Virus record (IMG/VR): IMGVR_UViG_3300014913_000011
Location: 8,414 to 72,413 of that record
Reading direction: 5' to 3' (one strand)
Origin: a virus
Length of the DNA stretch: 64,000 bases
Positions 10,280 to 20,382 of this stretch are shown one piece after another. Every line of letters starts with the position of its first letter. The stretch's first letter is position 1. A program made the translations under genes and the position numbers. A model generated the notes under the pieces. That model did no database searches, was not told the DNA's origin, and saw nothing but the letters and a program-made list of their open reading frames with translations.

Positions 10280-10678
10280 TTAACTCTTAGGAAGGAATTT
10301 CTTCAATCCTCCATCCTCTATATCTTTTCTATCCATTTTATTTATTAATACTTTCTCTTTACTTGCATCGTTCCAATCACCAAAACCCTTTATTGCTATT
10401 ATAGCGACTAATACACTAATACCGAAAGTAGATACATGTCCCAAAGTAGAATCAAACAACACCTTCTGTGCGTTAGACAGTAGCTCTGCAAGTTGTTTAC
10501 TATCAATATATCCACTATCATGTAACTCTGTAATTACCCTAACAGTAGTATCAAGACTTCTCTGAACACTTAACCAAGCTCCAACAAGAAGTATAGTCAG
10601 TGTTACAAAAGACATAACTTTAAAGGATATCAACATCCACATCAACTTAGAGAGCCACTGCTTAACGCTTAGAAACAT
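10280..10678 (-). CDS. Holin-like two-TM membrane protein
   Basis: Two hydrophobic segments and a charged C-terminus; adjacent to spanin-like genes. Confidence 0.45.
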   Translation of the reverse strand: MFLSVKQWLSKLMWMLISFKVMSFVTLTILLVGAWLSVQRSLDTTVRVITELHDSGYIDSKQLAELLSNAQKVLFDSTLGHVSTFGISVLVAIIAIKGFGDWNDASKEKVLINKMDRKDIEDGGLKKFLPKS

Positions 10679-10682
10679 ACTA

Positions 10683-11864
10683 CTAGTATCCTTTAGCTCT
10701 TAATTTCTGTATTCTCAGGTCTACAGCATTAATTAGATCCTGCTTTCCTTGATTACGTAAAACACTTTTTGCTACTTTCAGAGTGCCATAATCAGTACAT
10801 TTATTAATACTTTCAATGGCTTCCTTTGTAGTAGCTGCTCTTATAATATGATCCTGTGTAATTGTTTCTGGTGTAGCTGTACCTTGAAATACTTGAGTAC
10901 CTTTCCCAGTAGTTATTACTTGATCTACACTCCTAGCGGTTGATTGTAAATTGTCGCCAGTTATTACCTGAACTCTGTCTCCATTTGCGCCTTCAGCTGT
11001 GACAACTGGTCCTGGGCCACTTATTGAGCTAATACTCTCAACTGTTTCGGAACTTGGTTCAGTTATTTCTACAACTTTGTGAGTAACTGGTACCTCTTGT
11101 GTTGTAATAACACCTGTTTGTCCAGTTGAAACTACTTCAGTTAGGGAAGCATTTGGATTTGGTGCTGGATTAGCCATAAATGAGTTAGGCTGTTCAATCT
11201 CTATTACATTAATTTCGCTACTTTCGTCTGGAATATTTTGAACAGGTGTTACAGCATAGCTATTACCATTAAGCTGTGTATAACTATTAGTATCTAGATC
11301 ATCCCCAGTCATTACATTATCATCAATGTACTGATTCTTATTCATCTCTTTCACAGACTGTACAGACATAGCCTTTGACGTGCTCATATCAGGTGTATCT
11401 ACTACTACTTGTCCTTCTAGGCTTTTCTCTGAATTCACTGCCGATGTAGTTTGTTTTACTATCTCTGGCACTGGTTTAGTATGGACTGTATTTACTTGAC
11501 TCTTACGAAGTGCCTCCATAGCCTGTTCCTGGGAGTCTGCTACTTGTACCTCTCCCGATTCTACTAACTCTACTTCTGGCTCCGCTGATTTTAGTACTTC
11601 TTCACTGACAGTTTTATTTTGATAGAATCCCCTATCGAAATGTGCTACAAACTTACCTTTAAATCTGTCTAAATATTTACCTTGTAACCAAACTACGAAT
11701 TCTTCTCCACATTCTTTGACAGGGCTGCGATCTTTAAAAAACTTAAATATGCTGGTTAATGGAATATCTCTGTATTCCTTCCCAATACCTGGGTGCCAGT
11801 CATGCCCCAACGCCCTAACAGGACTATTACCATGATATCTTATAAAACTTCTATCTTTTGCCAT
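10683..11864 (-). CDS. Hypothetical protein with a low-complexity T/V/E/S-rich middle
   Basis: 393-aa ORF with GAGGAG SD. Confidence 0.7.
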   Translation of the reverse strand: MAKDRSFIRYHGNSPVRALGHDWHPGIGKEYRDIPLTSIFKFFKDRSPVKECGEEFVVWLQGKYLDRFKGKFVAHFDRGFYQNKTVSEEVLKSAEPEVELVESGEVQVADSQEQAMEALRKSQVNTVHTKPVPEIVKQTTSAVNSEKSLEGQVVVDTPDMSTSKAMSVQSVKEMNKNQYIDDNVMTGDDLDTNSYTQLNGNSYAVTPVQNIPDESSEINVIEIEQPNSFMANPAPNPNASLTEVVSTGQTGVITTQEVPVTHKVVEITEPSSETVESISSISGPGPVVTAEGANGDRVQVITGDNLQSTARSVDQVITTGKGTQVFQGTATPETITQDHIIRAATTKEAIESINKCTDYGTLKVAKSVLRNQGKQDLINAVDLRIQKLRAKGY

Positions 11865-11869
11865 TTAAT

Positions 11870-12232
11870 TTACTCCTCTGTAAAAATATTAATATATCTA
11901 CGATCTTTATCCTTATCAAAATACTTATCAATAGCGCCATGAAGTATGTTGCTTAACCTATGCAGTATAATCCAAGAAAGTAAAAAATTAACATAAGAGG
12001 GACATCCCTCTATTAAATTTAAATCAGGATCAATATTAACATTAAAACAAACTAGTACATTCAATGAAACCCAAAAAGAAAAACAATATCCACAAGATAG
12101 TAATTCATTTAAGAAATTACAAGAATCTTTCAATAAAGTCCTGAGTTTATCAAACAAGCCTGCATTTAATATAGCATAAGTTATCGCTTCTATTGCGATA
12201 ACCAATAATACTATATCACAAAATACTTTCAT
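11870..12232 (-). CDS. DUF1360-like membrane protein
   Basis: Motif ELLSCGYCFSFWV between TM helices. Confidence 0.65.
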   Translation of the reverse strand: MKVFCDIVLLVIAIEAITYAILNAGLFDKLRTLLKDSCNFLNELLSCGYCFSFWVSLNVLVCFNVNIDPDLNLIEGCPSYVNFLLSWIILHRLSNILHGAIDKYFDKDKDRRYINIFTEE

Positions 12233-12238
12233 GTATAT

Positions 12239-12267
12239 ATGATACCTAATTTAAACGTAATTGTCAA
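12239..12267 (-). promoter_or_regulatory. Sigma70-type promoter TTGACA-17-TATCAT, predicting a leaderless mRNA for 11870..12232
   Basis: -35 at 12267-12262, -10 at 12244-12239; ATG at 12232; no SD. Confidence 0.65.
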
Positions 12268-12966
12268 TTATTTTGAGTTTTTAAATGAAACTCTTTCTAG
12301 AGCTGCATCACGAGCGGGTAGTTGAATCAAACTATAAATGTCATCAGGATTTATTACATTGTATATTTCGAACCAATCTTTCGGTGGTTTTCCTGACTGT
12401 GGATGAATAACTGCATCTCCATACTTAGATACTAGAGCCTTACCATACTTAGAATCTGTACGAATAAGGTATCCAGCTCCAAATCTACCAAGATTGGAAA
12501 TACTTTCATTTTTAGACTTTTTAGCTAACTCTTTATTATACCAAATTAAATTTTTAGTATAAATTAAACTAGACTCTGGAGAGCCTTGAATAAAGTATGC
12601 TGCCCATTTAATAGGTGAACTATCACCTGGTCCTACATTTTCTCCTATACCTAAAAATTCATTAGATAATACTGTTATTGTAACCTCTCCACTATCTGTA
12701 ACACTGCTAGCTGATTTGGTTAATTGAGATTTAACTTCCTCTTGGATAATTTCTGAAAAGTTTAAAAACCTAGTAGGGTCGTCTTCTGCCTCTCCCCCCC
12801 AATATTCCTCCTGCATTCCTTGAAACATTTGCATGACTTTTACAGTAAAAAACTGATGAACTTGATCTGATTTTAACCTCCTTCTAACCTCTTGATAATA
12901 GGCCCTACTCAGATCTCTCTTTAAATCTCTTATCCCTTTTTTAGCTTTCTCTAAGTCCTTTACCAT
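12268..12966 (-). CDS. Hypothetical neck/tail-completion region protein
   Basis: 232-aa ORF in the head-tail joining block. Confidence 0.55.
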   Translation of the reverse strand: MVKDLEKAKKGIRDLKRDLSRAYYQEVRRRLKSDQVHQFFTVKVMQMFQGMQEEYWGGEAEDDPTRFLNFSEIIQEEVKSQLTKSASSVTDSGEVTITVLSNEFLGIGENVGPGDSSPIKWAAYFIQGSPESSLIYTKNLIWYNKELAKKSKNESISNLGRFGAGYLIRTDSKYGKALVSKYGDAVIHPQSGKPPKDWFEIYNVINPDDIYSLIQLPARDAALERVSFKNSK

Positions 12967-14759
12967 GGCCCATCATCGCTAGGTATAGTGGGAGGATCAT
13001 TTGGAGTTCCTGAATCTGCTTGATCCGAACTAGATCCATGTATATTCTTTATAATTCTCGGGTCTGTATCATAATGATCTGATACGCTCTTATCTGTTTT
13101 TACTGTAAGTGTATAAAATTCCACTATATGATCTGCTCCTAGTCCTTTAGTTCTTGGTGGAGATGTTAAAGCACATTCCACTCCATCTATTATAAACTTT
13201 TTTGCATCTCTACACAAGGCATAATTACATTTAAAAGTTTTTATTCTACAAACATTCTCACCATCCCAACCAGCGGATAAGTCTAAAAAGTCTCCTTTAG
13301 GGTTCCAAGTTACCAGACCTTTTATACATTCAAATCTTTTTTCAGTTAGTATACCCTGTCCTTTACATACTGGACATATTGAAGTTCTTAAGATTTTTGG
13401 ATTATCTAATGAAGGGTCATACTGTATCCCTGCAGGTGCTGACTCAACATTGAAAGGCTGTGGGTAAACCTTCCGCTCGACTGAAGATCCAACAAAGATA
13501 TTAACAGGTCTGATAAATTCTGAATAATATATATTAGTTGATTTACCTCTAACAGTATCAAAGATGCAATTATTAACACTTATACCTTCAGCTATGTAGC
13601 TATGTTCATTAGTAACTTCAATATTATAAACAGTTGTTTCTTTTTTAAAGGAGTCTAAGGATTTTACCACCTGAAATAGTTTATTACCATCCTGAAGAGA
13701 TCCTCTCAAGTTATACTCCTTATCATTCCAGTATCTTATCTGGTAGCTATCTCTATGCTTTACTTTATTTTTATCAATAAATGCATTAGTTTTTCTTATA
13801 CTAACTTTATATCCACAAGATAAAAGTAGATTATATACTTGATATGCTAATTTTTTAGAAATTGTAGTTAACACATTAGCATTAAGGTTCTTTTCAAAAT
13901 GTCCATCTCCAGTATAAAGACCAGAAATTAAAGACATAGTTTGCTCCTCATTTAATGTGTAATATAGTTCTTCTGGGATCTTCTTATTTCCTGCTAAGTG
14001 TCCGCACCACCTATCTAGTAAATCAGCTAGCTTAGAACTGTACATTTCAAAAACTAGATTCTTACTATTAGGTCTATCTTGTATTCCATAGTTTAAATCG
14101 CAGACTTCTGACCATAAGTCACATACTTTAATACCTACATCTCTCTCTGAGTTATTTAAACAGTAAAGTATACTTCTACCTTTTGACGTTACTCCTTCTG
14201 CTATGTATAATCCTATTGCAAATAGCAAATCATTAGATAATTGTAATTTTTCTGGTGAGGTTTTCTTTGGGCCTGTGAGATTCTCTTTCCACTTTATCTT
14301 CCTCTCAACTAATCTCTCCTTTGGTAACTCTCTTATACTTTTAAACACTAAGTCACCTTTTTGAATATCACTTATGGACTTTTCTACCTGTTTTCCAATT
14401 ATTGGTTTATAATTTGTACCTAAGTTAGAATATACCTTTAATTTATGATTGGAAGTAGCAGATATACCTACACTGTTTCCATACATATGAATAGTATTAA
14501 AGTTAAACGTCCCTCCCTTGATAAAAGTTTTTGAAACCTGCTGAAGGTTACCTAACCCATCTATAACTTGATCACCTGGCACAAAATCTTGAATTTCTTT
14601 CAATCCATTACCTGTCTCTATTAAAGTACCATATTCAAAACAATTGGGACAGTCTACTTCATATGGATCCATAATTACGGCTAAAGATCTTCCCATCTCC
14701 TTAATGTAACTGTTCATACCTTTGTGAAACTGTTTCTTTAGATCTTTAGGTATTTTCAT
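12960..14759 (-). CDS. Putative head-closure/neck protein with Zn-binding CxxC motifs, interrupted by an intein
   Basis: Exteins ...VDCPN|CIFDTVRGKS...SICPVCKGQG; spliced product about 241 aa. Confidence 0.7.
   Translation of the reverse strand: MKIPKDLKKQFHKGMNSYIKEMGRSLAVIMDPYEVDCPNCFEYGTLIETGNGLKEIQDFVPGDQVIDGLGNLQQVSKTFIKGGTFNFNTIHMYGNSVGISATSNHKLKVYSNLGTNYKPIIGKQVEKSISDIQKGDLVFKSIRELPKERLVERKIKWKENLTGPKKTSPEKLQLSNDLLFAIGLYIAEGVTSKGRSILYCLNNSERDVGIKVCDLWSEVCDLNYGIQDRPNSKNLVFEMYSSKLADLLDRWCGHLAGNKKIPEELYYTLNEEQTMSLISGLYTGDGHFEKNLNANVLTTISKKLAYQVYNLLLSCGYKVSIRKTNAFIDKNKVKHRDSYQIRYWNDKEYNLRGSLQDGNKLFQVVKSLDSFKKETTVYNIEVTNEHSYIAEGISVNNCIFDTVRGKSTNIYYSEFIRPVNIFVGSSVERKVYPQPFNVESAPAGIQYDPSLDNPKILRTSICPVCKGQGILTEKRFECIKGLVTWNPKGDFLDLSAGWDGENVCRIKTFKCNYALCRDAKKFIIDGVECALTSPPRTKGLGADHIVEFYTLTVKTDKSVSDHYDTDPRIIKNIHGSSSDQADSGTPNDPPTIPSDDGPW
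13569..14642 (-). mobile_element. Intein (358 aa) with LAGLIDADG homing endonuclease
   Basis: Block A CFEYGTLIETGNG; block B ATSNHKL; LAGLIDADG motifs LFAIGLYIAEG and LISGLYTGDG; blocks F/G VYNIEVTNEHSYIAEGISVNN|C. Confidence 0.93.
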
Positions 14760-14761
14760 GG

Positions 14762-15421
14762 TTATTCAACCTTGTAGACTGGTAGACTCATCATCTTACA
14801 TCCACTCTTAATTTCTAATGAATGTTTAAGCTCTTTTCCAACTATGTTCATAAATGTGGCTAACGATTGTGGTCTCCTACTAGCATCAAATTTGCTATCA
14901 CTGTCTTCTAAGTTAACTGCCTCACTAATATACTTAGACATATCTTTACTTAAAAGTACATAAGCCGTAGAGAGGGATAATAAATCTTCCCCCAAATCCG
15001 TATCTGATAAAGAACATTGACCTGTCAGGAAGGTATGTGCAGAAGTATCGTATGTATTTATTATCTCTAAATCTGAATGTCTGAACTTATCGTACACTAC
15101 TGTTAAACTAATCCCTGAAACCAAGGGTCCTGGTACTGTATCCCACTGTAAGTACTCATGATTCAGAACCTGTACTCCACTTGTTACTATAGCTCCACCA
15201 ATTACAATGTCAGTTGGCCAACCTTTTGGCTCCTCTAATCCATACATAGAACCTTGTAATTTTACATTAGCACAGTAATCTACTGAGGTGATATCATCTA
15301 CTACAGTTCTCTTCTCATCACCTATTAGTTGACGTATTCTAAAGACTATTACTTCTTCTGGTTGTGTTAAACTTATCTCTTCAGTAAATGTAGCCATATC
15401 CTTAACTTGCCATGATCTCAC
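14762..15421 (-). CDS. Putative head-tail adaptor (likely start at the ATG near 15397, MATFTEE)
   Basis: VFRIRQLIGD and FRHSDLEII motifs typical of adaptor proteins; synteny. Confidence 0.5.
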   Translation of the reverse strand: MRSWQVKDMATFTEEISLTQPEEVIVFRIRQLIGDEKRTVVDDITSVDYCANVKLQGSMYGLEEPKGWPTDIVIGGAIVTSGVQVLNHEYLQWDTVPGPLVSGISLTVVYDKFRHSDLEIINTYDTSAHTFLTGQCSLSDTDLGEDLLSLSTAYVLLSKDMSKYISEAVNLEDSDSKFDASRRPQSLATFMNIVGKELKHSLEIKSGCKMMSLPVYKVE

Positions 15422-15749
15422 TTATATATGTACTAAAGTCCTCTGAGTTGGTGGTCTTACTAATTATCCCAGAAATTCCATTGTAAGAGGGTCTTAATAC
15501 ATCCTCTCCCTTACAACACGTAATTACTATATCTCCATCATATCCTTGACTTCTTAGGCTATCATAAACTTCAATACCATTTCTATTCCTTAATAGATGA
15601 CTAACTATCACTAAATCATAGTTGTTTAAATCCTTATCTAGATCTTCATTTAACGTTTCTATAAACTTGATATCAGACTCTATTGTCAGTAGCTTCCTTC
15701 TATACATTGTTTCATAACTCTTGGAATCAATTACTAATAGTTTTGACAT
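15402..15749 (-). CDS. Stand-alone response regulator receiver (REC)-like protein, atypical
   Basis: KLLVIDS...YDLVIVSHLLRNRNGIEVYDSLR...IVITC...IISK follows the CheY-like pattern, with Ser at the phosphoacceptor Asp position. Confidence 0.65.
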   Translation of the reverse strand: MSKLLVIDSKSYETMYRRKLLTIESDIKFIETLNEDLDKDLNNYDLVIVSHLLRNRNGIEVYDSLRSQGYDGDIVITCCKGEDVLRPSYNGISGIISKTTNSEDFSTYISEIMAS

Positions 15750-15758
15750 ATTAAACTC

Positions 15759-16145
15759 CTATATATATCCTAACTGTTTAGCTATTACCAGACCTGCTAA
15801 TACAGTTGCTGCCACAGTCTTTATAATAAAAGATAGTTTACTATTTTTGATATTAGTAACTTCAGTATCTAAATCTTCGAAACTATCAGTTGCTTTTCTT
15901 AATTTTGCCTTCATATTCTCTAACTTTTCTAAATATAGTTCAGAGTGCTCCTCAAAAGCTATTCGGGTCTTCTCTGCGACATAGAATGTATCTCGCATTT
16001 CTTCACTTTTTTTCTTTAGTTCTTCACTTAATTTCCTGTGTTCAGTTCTAAGGTCTTTAAGACTATCTTTGATATACTCAATATCTTTGAATGCTTGAAT
16101 TAATTGTACATACTCTTCCGCTTCTAACTTATGGAAATCATTCAC
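15759..16145 (-). CDS. Coiled-coil protein with C-terminal TM anchor
   Basis: Heptad-rich; C-terminal FIIKTVAATVLAGLVIA; GGAGG SD with GTG start. Confidence 0.65.
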   Translation of the reverse strand: MNDFHKLEAEEYVQLIQAFKDIEYIKDSLKDLRTEHRKLSEELKKKSEEMRDTFYVAEKTRIAFEEHSELYLEKLENMKAKLRKATDSFEDLDTEVTNIKNSKLSFIIKTVAATVLAGLVIAKQLGYI

Positions 16146-16226
16146 TGAGGTACCTCCACCTGGATATTATATCTAATAGACCTTCTTATATACAATAGTA
16201 CAAATTAGTGTAGTTACTATAGTTCA

Positions 16227-17255
16227 TTAGAATTTCTGGAAATTTGACCTTACCCAGAATGCCCCAGTGTGGTAATACATGAAGTTACGATCCCAACGTA
16301 CCTCACCTTCTTCACCTAGTTCTGCTGAGGATATTGGTGAAGATCCTGATGTAGTTATTAATACCCCACTAATTGTAAGTTTATTTTTTACTGCAACTTC
16401 ATTACCATCACACCATAGTGCGTCTGTTGCTGCAAATCCTGACCCATTGTGATGTAAGGTATCCCCATAGTTGCCAGCAATTGATGCAGAGCCTCCACCA
16501 AATGAACCAATGTATCTAAAAGCCTCTATGTATAGCGGTTTGGAATATCCCAAATCATCTGCTGTAAATCCAGAACCAAAAAGTATAAGTCCTTGCTGCC
16601 AGTTCGGTATCCAAGCTCCTTGAGTGGTAAAAATTTCGGTGCCATCTGCTTCATATAGTCTAATAGCATACCCAGTGCCAAACCTAGCATTTGGTATAAA
16701 ATTTTTGATATTGTTAGAAAATGTATTGCCTGCTTCGTCTTTAGTAAACCAAGCAAGTCCGTTTGATGCTAAATCCTCTGTTAGATATATCCTACTCTGT
16801 AACACAGCAGAGCCAGCAGAAACACCTGAGTTACTATTTAAAGTTATAGTATAACTTCCCCCACCATTATCTACTGCATTTATTATAGATTTAATATAAG
16901 TTGCATTAGGATGTACATCTGTAACTTGATATCCGATTTGTGGAATTATTGTAGTAGTAAGAATGTCCCAATCAAGTCCATTAGCTACAAGAGTAATACC
17001 CTCCCCCTGACTACGATCTTCTACTATAGAACCAGAAGCAGTTGCTGCAGCCTGAGCTTGAGCTTGAGTAGTTGTTACTGGAATTAAACTTGAATTTGCC
17101 CAGATATCCTCTGGATAAATTATATGTGTTGAAGGTACTTTCTCCTCGTACCACATCTTACCACCAGCATTTGGGTCAGTATTGACAGTACCCTGCAGAC
17201 CAAACAAGTGTTTGAAATTAATATTTAACTTTTCGGTATCTGAAAAATCAGCCAT
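16227..17255 (-). CDS. Virion structural protein (fiber/appendage-like)
   Basis: Gly/Thr/Ser-rich; C-terminal GEEGEVRWDRNFMYYHTGAFWVR module typical of fiber proteins. Confidence 0.55.
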   Translation of the reverse strand: MADFSDTEKLNINFKHLFGLQGTVNTDPNAGGKMWYEEKVPSTHIIYPEDIWANSSLIPVTTTQAQAQAAATASGSIVEDRSQGEGITLVANGLDWDILTTTIIPQIGYQVTDVHPNATYIKSIINAVDNGGGSYTITLNSNSGVSAGSAVLQSRIYLTEDLASNGLAWFTKDEAGNTFSNNIKNFIPNARFGTGYAIRLYEADGTEIFTTQGAWIPNWQQGLILFGSGFTADDLGYSKPLYIEAFRYIGSFGGGSASIAGNYGDTLHHNGSGFAATDALWCDGNEVAVKNKLTISGVLITTSGSSPISSAELGEEGEVRWDRNFMYYHTGAFWVRSNFQKF

Positions 17256-17258
17256 AAA

Positions 17259-19112
17259 TTATGTCCAGTTAATAATCTCCATTCTGGTAATAACAGTTGA
17301 AACGGCTTCAGGATTTTTTAAAGTCACTCTTGCTTCTATAGCTTTATTCTCAGCAAATGCTGTAGAAAAACCACCAAACGTAAATTCAAATTCGGGGGCT
17401 AGGTATCCACCAGTGTTTACAAAACAACCATCTCCAACATCACCTGTAAATGTTCCAATATTATAAGGGTCATTTAAGCTAAGCCAGTCAGTCCCTTCAT
17501 TTCCGGGGCCTTGTACCCCATTTCCAGGTATATGAGTTCCAACTACTCTAATCTCTACTAACACCTCCTTAGAGGTTCTTTGGACTTCTGTAAGTCCAGC
17601 AATTCTAAATACTCCATTGGTTCTAGAAACACCAGATGAATCCTTAAACTGTCTAATGTAAACCTTATCAGTTCCCTCCCCCACAATACTAGTATAATCT
17701 CTATTAGCCAGGGGATCCATACTAGAAAAGTCAACCTGAGGAAACACTAATAAACCATTTATTACTTGCAATCCAGTACCCGAAATTAACGTCATAGTTG
17801 AGTCCCAAGACCTAGCACCTCTAGATGGGCCATTTATTCCTACCACTGATCCACTCGCATTAGTCATGCGATAATCTTCATCTAAAAATAACTCTAAAGT
17901 ATCCGTTGACTGATTTCCAAATGTATTTATAAGTATTTCAGGGTTCGCACTAAATAAGGAACCATTACTCGTAAAAAATGGATCTCTTACCACATAACGC
18001 ATCTGTGCAAAATTATTGTCCTCATCAGGATTAATTACATCGTTGTTTATACTCTTAGTACCACTATATATAAAATCATCTGCATGTTCAAAAGGTAGTA
18101 CTGGAGGATTTACACCTTCACTAGTAACATCTACATTATTATAATTTATTACGAAGTTGTTTATACCATATTCAATTGAATTAACTAGAATAGGATCTGT
18201 TCTGTACGTATCTTTCCATACCTCCAAAGCATCTAAGTAAAACTCTACTGATGATCCTTGACCTGCAAACTTAATGCCACTTAACCATTTAATTGCAACT
18301 GCATCCATTTTTAAATTTTGAGAATTAATACTAGGTGCTGTTCCAGTATCCAAAAAATAATCTATTACCTGTGAGTAGGAAGCTGAATCAACAATGTGTT
18401 CTACTACTATTTGTACATAACCTGTTCCACCTAATAAGCTAAATGCGGGTAAAGAAACTTCTACAAATCCTTCTATCCTATCAAAGTTCCTTTGTAAAGA
18501 ATTTATCTCTAAGTATCCTTGTGGCGTACTTACTTGGTCATTTAAGGAACCATCTAAACTTAAAGTCTCAGTATGAATTAGCACATTGTTACCATTGTAA
18601 TATTTTACAGTTACTTCTCCTGATTGAAGATCTGTTATTTTCTGTCCAGTGTCTAAGTTCCAGTCTAAAGTATTAGTTCTAGTTATATCTCTGTTAGTAT
18701 CATTGTCCCAGGAGTTTGTATAGAAAGGAACTCCTAAAGAATCTGGACTTGCAACTCTACCTATAGTAAAAAATGGGGAGACTAATAGTCCATTAGTATT
18801 ACCATCTAGACTTCCAATGTGACTTGCATAACTTCCAGACACAACAGGGGGCACACTTCCTGAAAAGCAAATCCATTGCATATTATCTGGATCACTTAAT
18901 TGTAAACACCCTGTAGTTTTATTATAAATTAAAACGCCATGCTGAGTAGGTACATCCGTTATATCTAAAAAATCTGATTGTTCAACTAAGGGTACATATC
19001 CAATTATATCCCTATTGCCGTTTTCTGCATAGAGATATCCTTGATCTATGAATCTAGCATCTGAACTCTGTGCAACCCTAGATCTGGGTCTTTTTTTATC
19101 TCCTTGAACCAA
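17259..19112 (-). CDS. Virion structural protein (beta-rich)
   Basis: 617 aa immediately downstream of the MCP; GVLIYNKTTGCLQ fiber-type motif. Confidence 0.55.
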   Translation of the reverse strand: MVQGDKKRPRSRVAQSSDARFIDQGYLYAENGNRDIIGYVPLVEQSDFLDITDVPTQHGVLIYNKTTGCLQLSDPDNMQWICFSGSVPPVVSGSYASHIGSLDGNTNGLLVSPFFTIGRVASPDSLGVPFYTNSWDNDTNRDITRTNTLDWNLDTGQKITDLQSGEVTVKYYNGNNVLIHTETLSLDGSLNDQVSTPQGYLEINSLQRNFDRIEGFVEVSLPAFSLLGGTGYVQIVVEHIVDSASYSQVIDYFLDTGTAPSINSQNLKMDAVAIKWLSGIKFAGQGSSVEFYLDALEVWKDTYRTDPILVNSIEYGINNFVINYNNVDVTSEGVNPPVLPFEHADDFIYSGTKSINNDVINPDEDNNFAQMRYVVRDPFFTSNGSLFSANPEILINTFGNQSTDTLELFLDEDYRMTNASGSVVGINGPSRGARSWDSTMTLISGTGLQVINGLLVFPQVDFSSMDPLANRDYTSIVGEGTDKVYIRQFKDSSGVSRTNGVFRIAGLTEVQRTSKEVLVEIRVVGTHIPGNGVQGPGNEGTDWLSLNDPYNIGTFTGDVGDGCFVNTGGYLAPEFEFTFGGFSTAFAENKAIEARVTLKNPEAVSTVITRMEIINWT

Positions 19113-19229
19113 TCCTTTCCTATCTCCGAGTTTTGAAACTCTTATTTGATTGTTACCTTATTCCTTCAAAGTAAATCTTATACTTACCTAGTATACCATA
19201 GTTATATAGTATAGTCTATACCTAGTTAC

Positions 19230-19263
19230 AAAAAAAATGCCCACTATATTTCAAGTGAGCATT
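19230..19263 (-). terminator. Intrinsic terminator after the major capsid gene
   Basis: AATGCTCACT...AGTGGGCATT stem plus T-run on the minus strand. Confidence 0.75.
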
Positions 19264-19290
19264 ATAGTAAAATTAATTACTTATCGGCAA

Positions 19291-20364
19291 CTAGGCGCGA
19301 TTTATGATTCCCATACTTATCATACGAGGATCAAGGACTGCGATTCCTAGTTCTTCCCAACCATAGAAGCCCTGAAGCTGTTCTCTATGTAGTGTTGGAT
19401 CGTCAAAGAATCTCATTTCTTCTCTAATTGGCATAACCAAGGAGTCATCAGATGTTAGATCGAAACCGTAAATCTGAGTCTCTCCAGCTGTAACCAAGTT
19501 CAAGTTGGCATCAACCTTATTAGCGTCTGTAGGTGCGTAATCATTAAACTGACCACCACTACCGACTTTAAATAGACCGCCTTCGCTGTCGTTAGAGTTG
19601 ATATTGTACCTTCCAGTCATACCTAATTGATGTACTTCGTGAAGTTTAACCTTCCAAAGCTCATCCATTCCACCAGATACAAAGATTTCTCTTCTAGTAG
19701 TATCGTCAACCTGTGAACCAGACCATTCTCTCTGATCTGCCATATCTTCTGGAGATACATAGAGGTCAGTTAGAGTGCGTCTTGTTCTTTTCATTTTAAC
19801 GATCATCTGGTTAACTAGTTCCTTACTGAAGAAGCCTGCAGCGGGTCCACCGGCAATTTCAACAATAGGAGCTGGACGTGCAGGAAGAAGTCCTTTGCCT
19901 GGGAAGGCAGAGGTTGCAGCTGGAGCTAAAAGTCTCCATGCGCTTTCTTCTTCATAATCGACTACTGAACGAGCAGCTGTACGCATACAACGTTCTGCAA
20001 TATCAATACGACCATCACGAGCATACTTAAGTGCCCACTCACAGGAAGTACCTATTTTAAACGTTGGAACTACGATTTCTTCACCAGCTAGCTCTACGAA
20101 ATTACGTGGAACTGCACCAACCTTAGGTAGTACAAATACTGGTACGTCAAAATCATCAGCTATTGGGTAACTAGCCTGAGCACCGGGGTCTAAGACCTGA
20201 ACTGCGAACAGTTGACGTGCTAAAGACTCATCACGAACTAGCTGTAGAATTGGAACTTGAATAGCTTGGGCTACTGCTTTACGAACCTGTGGATCATCAT
20301 AGTTCGCTGCAACAGCTTTCATTAGTGCTTTAAATTGTTCCTTATTTTTGATTAATTCAATCAT
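19291..20364 (-). CDS. Major capsid protein (HK97 fold)
   Basis: 357 aa after scaffold and decoration genes; ARQLFAVQVLDPG, IVVPTFKI, GFYGWEELGIAVLDP; strong SD and terminator. Confidence 0.88.
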   Translation of the reverse strand: MIELIKNKEQFKALMKAVAANYDDPQVRKAVAQAIQVPILQLVRDESLARQLFAVQVLDPGAQASYPIADDFDVPVFVLPKVGAVPRNFVELAGEEIVVPTFKIGTSCEWALKYARDGRIDIAERCMRTAARSVVDYEEESAWRLLAPAATSAFPGKGLLPARPAPIVEIAGGPAAGFFSKELVNQMIVKMKRTRRTLTDLYVSPEDMADQREWSGSQVDDTTRREIFVSGGMDELWKVKLHEVHQLGMTGRYNINSNDSEGGLFKVGSGGQFNDYAPTDANKVDANLNLVTAGETQIYGFDLTSDDSLVMPIREEMRFFDDPTLHREQLQGFYGWEELGIAVLDPRMISMGIINRA

Positions 20365-20382
20365 CTTATTTTCTCTCCTTTA

